A stretch of 64,000 nt of DNA from Chloroflexota bacterium (GCA_011525385.1 WTGF01000121.1:492-64491); one strand, 5' to 3'. Positions 9,609-19,297 are shown, counted from the stretch's first letter. Program-made: numbers and translations. The notes: generated by a model not told the origin, from the letters alone.

Positions 9609-12194
9609 ATGACGAACCCAAATGGGGCAGGCTTTCCTGCTCTTACCACATATGATCAAGAGCATCTGCGGCAAATCGGGCTGCCGCTCGGCGGAATCGG
9701 CACCGGCGTTGTATCCCTCGGCGGGCGCGGCAATCTTCATGATTGGGAGATCGTCAATCGCCCGGCCAAAGGTTTTGACCTGGCGCAGAGTTTCTTCAGC
9801 CTGTACACAAGAACCGCCGGCGGCGGAACCACCACGACCGCGCTGGAAGGCGTCATCCCGCCGGCGGACTATGAAGGCGCGCGGGGAGCCACTGTTCCCA
9901 ATCACGGCTTGCCGCGCTTTCGGGAGTGCAGCTTCGCGGCGGCTTATCCCTTCGGGCAGGTCCAGCTCAGCGATCCCGATGTGCCATTGGGCGTTCGCCT
10001 GGAAGCCTTCAATCCGCTGATCCCGGGCGATAGCGACGCCAGCGGCATACCGGTAGCGATCCTGCGCTTTGTCTTGAGCAATGACAGCGATAGGGATATT
10101 GAGGCAGCGGTATGCGGCAGCCTGCAGAACTTTATCGGCACAGACGGCAGCAGCGGCGCATGCGTGAACAATGTCAACAGCTATCGCGAGGGAGATGGCT
10201 TGGCGGGCATCTTCATGCGCTCGGAGGGCGTCGATCGTGAGGCGGCGCAATGGGGCACCTTGGCGCTAACGACGCCCATACCCCCCTCAATCCCCCCATT
10301 GCAATGGGGGGAAGCGCAGCCAGAGGGTGAAACAGCCACTATTACTTATCGCACGGCCTGGGCGGACTACAGTTGGGGCGATTCCCTGCTCGATTTCTGG
10401 GACGACTTCAGCGAAGACGGTCGTCTGGAAGAGCGTGATCGCGACGGGGTGGACAATCCGACGGGCTCCCTCTCAGTTGCCTTGACCGTACCCGCCAATA
10501 GTTCGGCGGCAGTGAACTTCTTTGTTAGCTGGCATTTCCCCAATCGCATCACCTGGCAAGAAGCCGGTCGCAATCACCCGCAGAGCCCGCTGCAAGCGGG
10601 AACACGCATCGGCAACTACTACACGACTCAGTATGCTGATGCCTGGGAAGCGGCCGCCTATACGGCTGCCAATCTGGACTGGCTGGAATCGGAGACCTTA
10701 TCCTTCGTCAATGGGGTGCTCGAGAGCGATTTGCCCGAGGTCGTCAAGGAGTCCGCGCTCTCGAATCTGAGCACGCTGCGCTCGCAGACGGTCTTCCGCA
10801 CGCCGGATGGCTTCATGTTCGGCTGGGAAGGCTGCGACGATACGGCGGGCTGCTGTTTTGGGTCCTGCACGCACGTCTGGAATTACGAACAGGCGACGGC
10901 TTTTCTTTTCGGGGAGTTGGCGATGGGCATGCGCGAAGTCGAGTTCAACTATGCCACCCGCGGCGACGGCGGCATGAGCTTCCGCGTCGATCTGCCGCTG
11001 GAGCACGCTGCAGCCTGGTCGCTGGCGGCGGCCGACGGACAGATGGGCTGCCTGATGAAGCTCTATCGCGACTGGCAGCTTTCCGGCGATAGCGACCGGC
11101 TGCGGAGCATGTGGGACAAGGCGCGCAAGGCGCTGGAATTCTGCTGGCTGCCGGGGGGCTGGGATGCCGACAAGGACGGCGTCATGGAAGGCTGCCAGCA
11201 CAATACCATGGATGTCGAGTATTACGGTCCCAACCCGCAGATGGGTATCTGGTACCTGGGCGCCTTGCGGGCGATGGAAGAGATGGCGCGTCACCTGGGT
11301 GAAGGAGATTTTGCCGATGATTGCCGGCGGCTCTATGAAAACGGACGCGCCTGGATTGATGCCAACCTGTTCAACGGCGAGTACTACGAGCACCAGATCC
11401 GCCCGGCCGCGGGCAAAGATTCGGTCTTCGGCATGTTAATGAGCGACATGGGCGCGGCCGATCCCACAGAACCGGTGCTGCAGCTGGGCGCCGGCTGCCT
11501 GGTCGATCAATTGGTGGGGCAGTTGCTGGCGCACGTCAGCGGGCTGGGATATGTCGTCGACGCGGCCAATGTCAAAGCCACGCTGCGCAGCATCATGCGC
11601 TACAACTTCAAGGAAGACATGTACGGCCATTTCAATCACATGCGCTCTTACGTGCTCAACGACGAATCGGCGCTGCTGATGGCAACTTACCCGCGCGGGG
11701 ATCGGCCGGCGCGTCCCTTCCCCTATTACAACGAGGTCATGACCGGCTTTGAATACACCGCCGCAATCGGCATGCTCTACGAAGGTGATATCGACGATGG
11801 CTTGAAGTGCATCGGGGCGATCCGCGATCGCTACGACGGGCTCAAGCGGAATCCCTTTGACGAGGCGGAATGCGGCCATCATTACGCGCGCGCGATGGTC
11901 AGTTGGGCGGCGGTCCTGGCGCTGACCGGCTTTCAGTATTCCGCGGTTGACGGGACTTTGGCCTTTGCGGCGCCGTCGGCAGCGCGCCGGCATTTCTGGT
12001 CGAGCGGTTACGCCTGGGGCAACTGTGAACTGGCGCCAAACGGGGATGGCAACTGCGGCGTGAGTTTCAAGGTCTTGCATGGCGAGATCCGCGTCGCCGA
12101 ATTGCAGCTCACTGGTTTGGGCGCAAAGCGCTTTGATCAAGCGCAGATCCTGCAAAAGGGCAACCGGCTCGATTGCGTAATTAGCGCGTCCTGA
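9609..12194 (+). CDS. GH116-family beta-glycosidase (GBA2 / non-lysosomal glucosylceramidase-like)
   Basis: N-terminal GLPLGGIGTG motif and about 860-aa size typical of GH116. Start moved to ATG 9609 to avoid overlapping the upstream permease. Confidence 0.8.
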   Translation: MTNPNGAGFPALTTYDQEHLRQIGLPLGGIGTGVVSLGGRGNLHDWEIVNRPAKGFDLAQSFFSLYTRTAGGGTTTTALEGVIPPADYEGARGATVPNHGLPRFRECSFAAAYPFGQVQLSDPDVPLGVRLEAFNPLIPGDSDASGIPVAILRFVLSNDSDRDIEAAVCGSLQNFIGTDGSSGACVNNVNSYREGDGLAGIFMRSEGVDREAAQWGTLALTTPIPPSIPPLQWGEAQPEGETATITYRTAWADYSWGDSLLDFWDDFSEDGRLEERDRDGVDNPTGSLSVALTVPANSSAAVNFFVSWHFPNRITWQEAGRNHPQSPLQAGTRIGNYYTTQYADAWEAAAYTAANLDWLESETLSFVNGVLESDLPEVVKESALSNLSTLRSQTVFRTPDGFMFGWEGCDDTAGCCFGSCTHVWNYEQATAFLFGELAMGMREVEFNYATRGDGGMSFRVDLPLEHAAAWSLAAADGQMGCLMKLYRDWQLSGDSDRLRSMWDKARKALEFCWLPGGWDADKDGVMEGCQHNTMDVEYYGPNPQMGIWYLGALRAMEEMARHLGEGDFADDCRRLYENGRAWIDANLFNGEYYEHQIRPAAGKDSVFGMLMSDMGAADPTEPVLQLGAGCLVDQLVGQLLAHVSGLGYVVDAANVKATLRSIMRYNFKEDMYGHFNHMRSYVLNDESALLMATYPRGDRPARPFPYYNEVMTGFEYTAAIGMLYEGDIDDGLKCIGAIRDRYDGLKRNPFDEAECGHHYARAMVSWAAVLALTGFQYSAVDGTLAFAAPSAARRHFWSSGYAWGNCELAPNGDGNCGVSFKVLHGEIRVAELQLTGLGAKRFDQAQILQKGNRLDCVISAS
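10281..10311 (+). repeat. In-frame C-tract/G-tract palindromic element inside the GH116 CDS
   Basis: CCCCCCTCAATCCCCCCATTGCAATGGGGGG. Positions 10292-10311 form a perfect 20-bp palindrome. It translates as PPSIPPLQWGE. Confidence 0.75.
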
Positions 12195-12234
12195 TCGCAG
12201 CTTCGATCTCAAGCGCAGGAGAATCCATTCAACT

Positions 12235-13191
12235 ATGTTAATCATCGCCAGCGCCAACGGCGCTGTCGGAATTGAGGCCGCTATGCAGGTGCTCAAGAAT
12301 GGCGGCAGCGCGATTGACGCGGTTGAGGCCGGCATTCGCCTTGTCGAAGCGGACCCCGCCGAGCGCTCGGTCGGTTACAACGGCTATCCCAATATCCTCG
12401 GTCAACTTGAGTTGGACGCCAGCATCATGGATGGCGGCAAGCTCAATTCTGGCGCGGTCGCCATCATGCGCGGCTTCCCCTACGCGATATCGGTCGCGCG
12501 GCAAGTGATGGATCGCAAGCTGCCGCATGTGATGCTGGCGGGCGAAGGCGCCGAGCGTTTCGCACGTGAAATCGGCGCTGAACAATGGGCGTCCATGCTC
12601 AGTGACGAAGTCAAGGCGATTTGGCGAAAGCGCTTAATCGATAATAGCGCGTTATTGGATGTCGGGGACATGGACGAGGACAGCCCCTTGCTCGACGCGG
12701 TCACAATGGCGACAGATCCGGAGCGCGTGGCGGGCACGGTCAACTTCATCGCGATTGACGGCAAGGGCGACATTTGCTCCGGTGTCAGCACCAGTGGCTG
12801 GGCCTGGAAATATCCCGGGCGTGTCGGCGATTCGCCAATCATCGGCGCGGGGAATTATGCCGACAATCGCTACGGCGCTTGCGCTTGCACGGGCATGGGT
12901 GAAATGGCGATCCGCGCCTGCACCGCATACGGGCTGGTTTCGTATCTGCGCGCGGGCTTGCCGATACAAGTAGCGGGCCAAAAGGCGATGCGGGATCTGC
13001 GCGATTTGGGTGGCGATTTTATCGGCGGCATGAATCTAATCGCGCTTGACAGAGCGGGCAATCATGTAGGCATGACCACGCGCGCTGGCTCGACCTATAT
13101 TTACCAACATCCCGACATGGACCAACATGGGGAAATCGAACGGCGCTTGGTAGAGATCCCTGCTCGCTGGGCTGGCGAGGCGCGCCAGTAG
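12235..13191 (+). CDS. N4-(beta-N-acetylglucosaminyl)-L-asparaginase / isoaspartyl peptidase family (Ntn hydrolase, asparaginase 2)
   Basis: Autoprocessing-site context GTVNFIAID, plus GDSPIIGAGNYAD and CTGMGE blocks. Confidence 0.82.
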   Translation: MLIIASANGAVGIEAAMQVLKNGGSAIDAVEAGIRLVEADPAERSVGYNGYPNILGQLELDASIMDGGKLNSGAVAIMRGFPYAISVARQVMDRKLPHVMLAGEGAERFAREIGAEQWASMLSDEVKAIWRKRLIDNSALLDVGDMDEDSPLLDAVTMATDPERVAGTVNFIAIDGKGDICSGVSTSGWAWKYPGRVGDSPIIGAGNYADNRYGACACTGMGEMAIRACTAYGLVSYLRAGLPIQVAGQKAMRDLRDLGGDFIGGMNLIALDRAGNHVGMTTRAGSTYIYQHPDMDQHGEIERRLVEIPARWAGEARQ

Positions 13192-13202
13192 ATAGGCTTG
13201 CA

Positions 13203-13808
13203 ATGAATACAAATCGCGTTCGAATGATTGAAAAGAATGAAGCCCCAGCCGAACTGGGGGCGATTTACGACCGTGCCGACAGCGCCATGCAGGACGGGCA
13301 ATTGCCGGGACCCACGCTCTTCGGCAATCAGATTCGCGCGCTTGCGCATCATCCGGCGCTCTTGCAAGCGTTGATCGGCGTCTATGAGGCCTTTGCCGCC
13401 TCGCCATCGGTGGAGCGCAAGCTGATCGAATTGGGCGTCCTGATCTGCTCGCGCGTCAATGCCTGCGACTATTGCCTGCAACATCACACGCCGCTGGCGC
13501 AAGCGTCGGGATTAAGCCGCGAGCAGCTACGCTGTATCCGGCAAGGTACCTGGAGCGAATCGCGCCACCTGTGGTCAGAGCAAGAATGGCTGGTGATTAC
13601 TTATGCCGAGCAGATGACGCGCGAGCCGCAGAAGATCGCCGACGACTTGTTCGCCGAGTTGCGGAGGCACTTTTACGATCGTCAGATCGTTGATATGACG
13701 ATGCGGTTCGCGCTTTGTTCAGCCTGGAACAAGTTCAATGATGCGCTGGCGTTAAATACGGAGTTGGCGTTTCGACATGCATATGCCGACATCATGCTGG
13801 AAGATTAA
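13203..13808 (+). CDS. carboxymuconolactone decarboxylase family protein (AhpD-like)
   Basis: AhpD-like CxxC motif NACDYCLQHH in a 201-aa helical protein. Confidence 0.75.
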   Translation: MNTNRVRMIEKNEAPAELGAIYDRADSAMQDGQLPGPTLFGNQIRALAHHPALLQALIGVYEAFAASPSVERKLIELGVLICSRVNACDYCLQHHTPLAQASGLSREQLRCIRQGTWSESRHLWSEQEWLVITYAEQMTREPQKIADDLFAELRRHFYDRQIVDMTMRFALCSAWNKFNDALALNTELAFRHAYADIMLED

Positions 13809-13851
13809 GCAGCGCCCCCGTCCGAAGCCGCGCAGCCCTGCGGACGCCAGC

Positions 13852-14238
13852 CTACTCCACCAACTGATAGCACTCCGATAGCCGCCATTCGAGCAACTCG
13901 ATGCCGTGCAAGGTCATGAATTCGCGCGAGGGCGCGTTGTGCTCCCAGCTGGCGCCGATGATGACCGTGGGAATCTGGTAGCGCACGATCGCCCCGGCAC
14001 ACATCAGGCAGGGGAAGGCCGTGGTGTAGAGAACGGTATCGGCGTAGCTCTCCTGCAAGCCGGCCGCCTTGATCGCTTCCATTTCGCCGTGGCTGAGCGG
14101 ATCATTGTTCTGGATCATGAGGTTGCGCCCGCGTCCCAAGACCTGGTCCCCGCGCACGAGCACCGCGCCGAACGGGCTGCCGCCCTCGGCTTTGGTAGCC
14201 TTGGCTTCTTCGATCGCCATTTGCATGTATCGGTCCAT
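13852..14238 (-). CDS. nucleoside/nucleotide deaminase (CMP/dCMP deaminase zinc-binding family)
   Basis: Zinc-ligand motifs HGEMEAI and PCLMCAGAI. Confidence 0.85.
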   Translation of the reverse strand: MDRYMQMAIEEAKATKAEGGSPFGAVLVRGDQVLGRGRNLMIQNNDPLSHGEMEAIKAAGLQESYADTVLYTTAFPCLMCAGAIVRYQIPTVIIGASWEHNAPSREFMTLHGIELLEWRLSECYQLVE

Positions 14239-14423
14239 TTTTGCCTCTCAATCCTTGCCGGTTCCACTGTAGCGGCTCCGCCGTATCACTGGAGCCGGAA
14301 CATAAGTCGATACCCCACCGATTCTACCGCAGGTTTAGAACCATTCCTTGAAATCGATTATAATCAATATGTTAACACATCAGATGAAAAAAGAGTCAGT
14401 TAGCGCTTATTGGGAGAAACAAT

Positions 14424-14846
14424 ATGAGTGAAGAAACTAAAGATCAACACCAGGAACTGAAAGATAACCGGCACGGCATCGCTACGGCTGGGGGTATCGT
14501 CATTTGCATTGCCTACGGATTGCTGTCGCGGAACGATCTGCTCTTCGGCCTGGTCATGGCGACGGTCTACGGCAGTGGCATGAACGCTGGACTTCGGATA
14601 TCCAAGAAGCTGCTGGAAGGCGACCAGGGCAATGCGCTTCCAGCCCGTGTCGCCGCCGCCGTTGTGGTCGGCATTATCGGCGCTGTAGTTATTTCCATTG
14701 TGCAGGGCATCGCTCCGGTCGCGCCGGCGGAGGGCGATAATATCATTGTCGCCATCATCAAGCACTTCTTCGACAACAGCGCCGCCTTGGCCTTGGGAAT
14801 CGGCGCGCTGGTCGGCAGTGTCGCGCACGGAATGGCATCAGATTAG
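14424..14846 (+). CDS. small integral membrane protein, function unknown
   Basis: 140 aa with several hydrophobic helices. GGGAG about 7 nt upstream of the ATG. TATAAT-like hexamer at 14359-14364. No family recognised. Confidence 0.6.
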   Translation: MSEETKDQHQELKDNRHGIATAGGIVICIAYGLLSRNDLLFGLVMATVYGSGMNAGLRISKKLLEGDQGNALPARVAAAVVVGIIGAVVISIVQGIAPVAPAEGDNIIVAIIKHFFDNSAALALGIGALVGSVAHGMASD

Positions 14847-14948
14847 ACATTCCCGGCCGGCCGGACTGGCAATTCTATAGCCCTGGCCAGCGCCTTTTCT
14901 GACGTCGAGCAAGCGCTGTTTCGCCCGCTTCTGTATAGGAAAAAAATG

Positions 14949-14981
14949 TGATATACTTACAGTACTGACCAGTCAGTATTG
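14949..14981 (+). promoter_or_regulatory. Extended -10 element plus palindromic operator in front of the TetR gene
   Basis: TG-A-TATACT at 14949-14957. Palindrome CAGTACTGACCAGTCAGTATTG at 14960-14981 with core TACTGAC-CA-GTCAGTA. It ends 10 nt before the ATG at 14991. Confidence 0.5.
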
Positions 14982-14990
14982 TGAGGCCGC

Positions 14991-15593
14991 ATGAGCGAGG
15001 TCCCCGGCAACACCCCTTCCACCCGCGAACGCATCCTCGATGCCGCGATGAATATCTTCAGCGCCAAAGGCTTCCACGATACCAAGCTGGACGAGATCGT
15101 CGCCGAAGGCGGCATCAGTAAAGGCTCGATCTATTTTCACTTCCCGAACAAGGAGAAGCTCTTCATCGCGCTGGTTGATCAGTTCGCCGACTTGATCGAG
15201 CGCCGCGCCAAAGAAGCGATCGCGGGGGAAACACAGGGTATCCGCCGCGTTCAGGTCGCCCTCGAAGCAGTGCTGGAGACCTTCGGCAGATACCGTCGTC
15301 CGGCCAAGCTGCTGCTCGTTCAAGCGGTGGGGCTGGGCACAGTTTTCGAGCGCAAGCGCATGGAAGTCAACGATCGCTTCGCGCTGCTCATTAAGATCTA
15401 TCTCGACGAAGCGGTCGCTGATGGTTCCATTGCGCCCGTCGATACGGCAATCGTTGCGCATGCCTGGATGGGCGCCATTTACAGCGTCGTGATTCAGTGG
15501 GTTTACACCGGCGAGCCGAGCAAGGAGGAAATCATGGATGCTTTATTGCCGCTGCTGCTGAAGAGCGTCGGCTACCAGCCGCTCGGCGCGTAA
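14991..15593 (+). CDS. TetR/AcrR family transcriptional regulator
   Basis: N-terminal HTH region RERILDAAMNIFSAKGFHDTKLDEIVAEGGISKGSIYFHFPNKE. Confidence 0.9.
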   Translation: MSEVPGNTPSTRERILDAAMNIFSAKGFHDTKLDEIVAEGGISKGSIYFHFPNKEKLFIALVDQFADLIERRAKEAIAGETQGIRRVQVALEAVLETFGRYRRPAKLLLVQAVGLGTVFERKRMEVNDRFALLIKIYLDEAVADGSIAPVDTAIVAHAWMGAIYSVVIQWVYTGEPSKEEIMDALLPLLLKSVGYQPLGA

Positions 15594-15679
15594 CCAGTGA
15601 AAAGACTTGCCGCGCGCAGGCATGAAAGTAAGGTTTCCCGTCGCAGGAGCGATGCGGTTTGTACAAACAGGAGTAAAGC

Positions 15680-17050
15680 ATGGCATCGGCAGCGTTTCGC
15701 GCGGCCCCGCTCAACCGGCGTTATGGACGCCTGCTCAGTTGCAGCTTGCCTTGCAATGGGATCGGTTTTCAAGATTTCCTAGGGGCTGCGGAAGGTCAGC
15801 CGCGCAGCTACTGGGAGAACCGGAACAATCGCCTCGCCTTTGCCGGCGCTGGCACAGCTATCGAGTTGATGGCCTGGGGGGGCGAACGTTTCCACAAGAT
15901 AGCGCGCGTCGCGCGCGACCTGTTTTCCAATGCCCACATCGTTGGCGGCCACCCGCCCTGGACGGGACCGCGGCTCTACGGCGGCTTTTCCTTTCGGGGC
16001 GATTTCACGCCGGACAACACCTGGTCGATTTATGCGCCGGCGCATTTTGTCCTGCCTCACTATCAACTGGTCAGCATCGACGGCGAAACCTGGCTGACGA
16101 TCAATACGCAGATTCCCCCCGAGGAAGACCCCGCAGCGCTAATAAGCGACTTGCAAGCAGCCTTGCGGGAGAAGATCAGACAATTACAGGGCGCAGGCGG
16201 TCGTCCGTCAATCAATCGGCAGTCGCCTCTGCAAAGCGTCCGCTACCCGATGAGCTTTGACATGTGGGAGGCGATGATCTGCCAGGCAAGCGAGCGCATA
16301 CACGCCGGCGAATTGAACAAAGTTGTGCTCGCTCGCGCGGCAGAATTGCGCTTTGAAGAGCGCGTGCGTCTGATGCCGATTCTCAGTCATCTGGCCGGGA
16401 ATTACGCCGACTGTTACCGTTTCTTGTTCGAGCCTCGACCGCGATTTGCCTTTTACGGCGCGTCTCCCGAACTGCTGGCGAGTGTGCGGGGCAAAGTCAT
16501 CGAAACTATGGGTTTGGCGGGCAGCATCGGCCGTGGAAGCGCCTGTGAAGATGACATGCGCTTGGGCAGGGAATTGCTGCGCAGCCGCAAGAACCGGCAA
16601 GAGCACAGAATTGTCGTGGACAGAATCCGCGATCGCCTGCTGCCCTTGACCGAGTCGCTGGAGATCGCGCCGCCAGGCTTGCTCAAGCTGAAGAATATCC
16701 AGCACCTCCATTCGCCGATCCGCGGACGACTCAAGCGGGAAACTGGCATCTTGGCGCTGGTGGAAGCCCTGCATCCGACGCCGGCTCTGGGTGGCGACCC
16801 AAGGGAGCGCGCTATGCGTCTTATCCGCGATCTGGAACCGATCCCGCGAGGCTGGTACGGCGCGCCGGTGGGCTGGATCGACGCCAACCTCGACGGACAG
16901 TTCACCGTGGCGATCCGCTCGGCCGTTGCTCAGGAATCCCGCGTGTGGATTTACGCCGGCGCAGGCATCGTGGCGGAAAGTCAGCCCGAGCCCGAATGGG
17001 AAGAAACCGCCCTCAAATTCCGCCCCATGCTGGACGCTCATGGTAGCTAA
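15680..17050 (+). CDS. menF: isochorismate synthase
   Basis: 456-aa chorismate-binding enzyme at the head of the menD-B-E-H cluster. AGGAG 7 nt upstream of the ATG. Confidence 0.88.
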   Translation: MASAAFRAAPLNRRYGRLLSCSLPCNGIGFQDFLGAAEGQPRSYWENRNNRLAFAGAGTAIELMAWGGERFHKIARVARDLFSNAHIVGGHPPWTGPRLYGGFSFRGDFTPDNTWSIYAPAHFVLPHYQLVSIDGETWLTINTQIPPEEDPAALISDLQAALREKIRQLQGAGGRPSINRQSPLQSVRYPMSFDMWEAMICQASERIHAGELNKVVLARAAELRFEERVRLMPILSHLAGNYADCYRFLFEPRPRFAFYGASPELLASVRGKVIETMGLAGSIGRGSACEDDMRLGRELLRSRKNRQEHRIVVDRIRDRLLPLTESLEIAPPGLLKLKNIQHLHSPIRGRLKRETGILALVEALHPTPALGGDPRERAMRLIRDLEPIPRGWYGAPVGWIDANLDGQFTVAIRSAVAQESRVWIYAGAGIVAESQPEPEWEETALKFRPMLDAHGS

Positions 17051-17520
17051 GCACAAAGACACGAAGAACACAAAGAAAAAGGGGAGACATAAATGGTTGC
17101 AGAATACGAAGAACATTCAGATGGGAAACCCATCTCGTATAAGATTATCGGGGCGGCGATAGAAGTGCATCGAATGTTGGGAGCTGGATTGCTTGAAAGC
17201 GTGTACGAAGATGCACTATGCATTGAACTTGACCTGCAGAGCATCAGTTATGAAAGGCAAAAGACGATCGATCTTGAATACAAAGGAAAACGAATTGGTA
17301 ACCTCGTAGCTGACTTGATAGTTGAGAATAGTGTTGTTGTGGAGTTGAAATCGGTGCAGGCACTTGAACGTATACATACGGCGCAAGTCTTGACCTATTT
17401 GAAGCTGACAAATCTCAGAACCGGTTTGCTAATCAATTTCAATGTGACAGTTTTAAAGGACGGTATCAGGCGGGTTGTTTTATAGACTTTTCTTTGTGTC
17501 CTCTGTGTCTTTGTGGTGAG
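17051..17520 (+). mobile_element. GxxExxY gene cassette bounded by about 30-nt imperfect inverted repeats, inserted between menF and menD
   Basis: Left arm 17052-17081 is CACAAAGACACGAAGAACACAAAGAAAAAG. The reverse complement of right arm 17487-17515 is CACAAAGACACAGAGGACACAAAGAAAAG. The interior is AT-rich (one 60-nt line hand-counted at about 38% G+C). Confidence 0.45.
17093..17485 (+). CDS. GxxExxY family protein (PD-(D/E)XK-like)
   Basis: 130 aa with the eponymous motif GLLESVY. GGGGAG upstream of the ATG. Confidence 0.85.
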   Translation: MVAEYEEHSDGKPISYKIIGAAIEVHRMLGAGLLESVYEDALCIELDLQSISYERQKTIDLEYKGKRIGNLVADLIVENSVVVELKSVQALERIHTAQVLTYLKLTNLRTGLLINFNVTVLKDGIRRVVL

Positions 17521-17524
17521 AAAG

Positions 17525-19297
17525 ATGCCAAATTCGAACACCTTATACGCCAATATCTTTGTTGACGCCCTGGTGGCGGCCGGCTTAAAGCGGGTCTGCC
17601 TTTTACCGGGATCGCGGCATACGCCGCTGATCCTGGCCTTCGCGCGGCATAGGGATGCCATCGACATCTACTCCCACCTGGACGAGCGAAGCGCCGCCTT
17701 CTTCGCGCTTGGGCTGGCGACAGCAAGTAATGAACCCGCGGCTCTGGTATGCACATCGGGCTCGGCGGCGGCCAACTTTTTCCCGGCGATAATCGAGGCG
17801 CGGCAATCCCGCACCCCGCTGCTGGTATTGAGCGCGGATCGGCCTCCTGAACTGCGGCACAGCGGCGCCAATCAGACCATCGATCAGGTCAAGCTCTACG
17901 GCGACGCCGCCGCCTGGTTTGTGGACGCGGCGCTGCCGGAAGCGGGTCCGCCACCGCTGGCCTTGCGCAACCTGCGGACGCTGGCGGCCAGAGCGATGGC
18001 TAAGACGACGCGCGGCGTTGTGCATATCAATCTGCCCTTCCGCAAGCCCTTCGAGCCCGATGCGGATGATGGGGATGATGCCGAAGTCATGAATATCGAC
18101 CGCGGCCAACCGACGCGTTTCTTGAGGGAGAAGCGGTCCGACGCCTCCGCGCTTGACGATCTGATGCGGGGCGAGACCCGAGCGAAGCGGGGCATCATAT
18201 ACTTTGGGCATGGCAGTTGTCGCAGTGCGGTTGAAACGCGGACGCTGACGCGCTGGGCGGCCCGCGCGTCGCGCCTCAGCGGCTATCCAATTTTGGCGGA
18301 ATACACCTCCAACATGCGGAATATCGGACTCGCGGCGGGCGAGCGTTATGAGCCGCTGGGCGCCTATGAAACTTATATTGGCGCCGCTGCCTGCGAATTC
18401 AAGTCAATCGAAGTGCTGATTCGCTTCGGTACGCCACCCTTGTCCAGGGCCATGGGCGACCTGGTAGCAGGGGCGGATTTGCAGCATCACATCTATTGCA
18501 GCCGGGACGGCGAATGGGCGGATGACACACATGGCATAACGGATCTGGTTCACTTTGATCCTTTGTCGGCCGCGCCAATGCCATACGCGGACGACCCGCC
18601 GGCGACAGAAACTGCCTTCCGTGACAGAATACACCGTGCCGAGAAAATCGCCTGGGAACTCATCGACAAAGAGATGGAAACGGGAGATTATTTCGATGGC
18701 GCGGTAGTCTATGATGTGGTTGACCTGATGCCGGCGGACGGGCTAATCTTCGCTGGCAACAGCTTGCCCGTGCGTCAGTTGGATCAATTTGGGAAGCCGG
18801 GCGATCGACCGATCCTCGCCTTTGCCAACCGCGGCGCTTCCGGCATCGACGGCAACATCTCGTCCGCTTTGGGCATCGGCGCGGCTTACCGGGACCGACC
18901 CTTGGCAGCTATCGTCGGCGACATCACCTTCTATCACGACATGAATGGCTTGTTAGCGATAAGGCGCTGTGGCGTGCCGGTGACGATCGTCGTATTGAAC
19001 AACGCGGGCGGCGGCATCTTCCATCGACTGCCGATACACCGATTCGAGCCGGCCTTCAGCGATTATTTCATCACCGCGCATGGCCTGGATTTCTCCCATG
19101 CCGCGCAACTCTATGGTTTGGCGTATCGGCGCGCCGATGACCGCCTGTCATTTCGAGGGGCGTTCAGCGAGGCAGTGGCCGGGCGCGGATCGACCCTCAT
19201 CGAAGTTCGCACAGATGCTTTGAATGACTTGCGGCGGCGTGAAGGGATCATGGCGACAATACGCGCCGAGGTCGAAAAAATGGACTCAAGCGATTGA
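17525..19297 (+). CDS. menD: 2-succinyl-5-enolpyruvyl-6-hydroxy-3-cyclohexene-1-carboxylate (SEPHCHC) synthase
   Basis: ThDP enzyme with GDITFYHDMNGL motif. ATG 17525 preferred because track start GTG 17513 lies in the repeat arm. Confidence 0.9.
   Translation: MPNSNTLYANIFVDALVAAGLKRVCLLPGSRHTPLILAFARHRDAIDIYSHLDERSAAFFALGLATASNEPAALVCTSGSAAANFFPAIIEARQSRTPLLVLSADRPPELRHSGANQTIDQVKLYGDAAAWFVDAALPEAGPPPLALRNLRTLAARAMAKTTRGVVHINLPFRKPFEPDADDGDDAEVMNIDRGQPTRFLREKRSDASALDDLMRGETRAKRGIIYFGHGSCRSAVETRTLTRWAARASRLSGYPILAEYTSNMRNIGLAAGERYEPLGAYETYIGAAACEFKSIEVLIRFGTPPLSRAMGDLVAGADLQHHIYCSRDGEWADDTHGITDLVHFDPLSAAPMPYADDPPATETAFRDRIHRAEKIAWELIDKEMETGDYFDGAVVYDVVDLMPADGLIFAGNSLPVRQLDQFGKPGDRPILAFANRGASGIDGNISSALGIGAAYRDRPLAAIVGDITFYHDMNGLLAIRRCGVPVTIVVLNNAGGGIFHRLPIHRFEPAFSDYFITAHGLDFSHAAQLYGLAYRRADDRLSFRGAFSEAVAGRGSTLIEVRTDALNDLRRREGIMATIRAEVEKMDSSD

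Noticed and set aside
15607-16260. 217-aa plus-strand ORF overlapping the start of menF in another frame
   Set aside because: It is Arg/Pro/Ala-rich. The menF frame has a good AGGAG-ATG start and family similarity.
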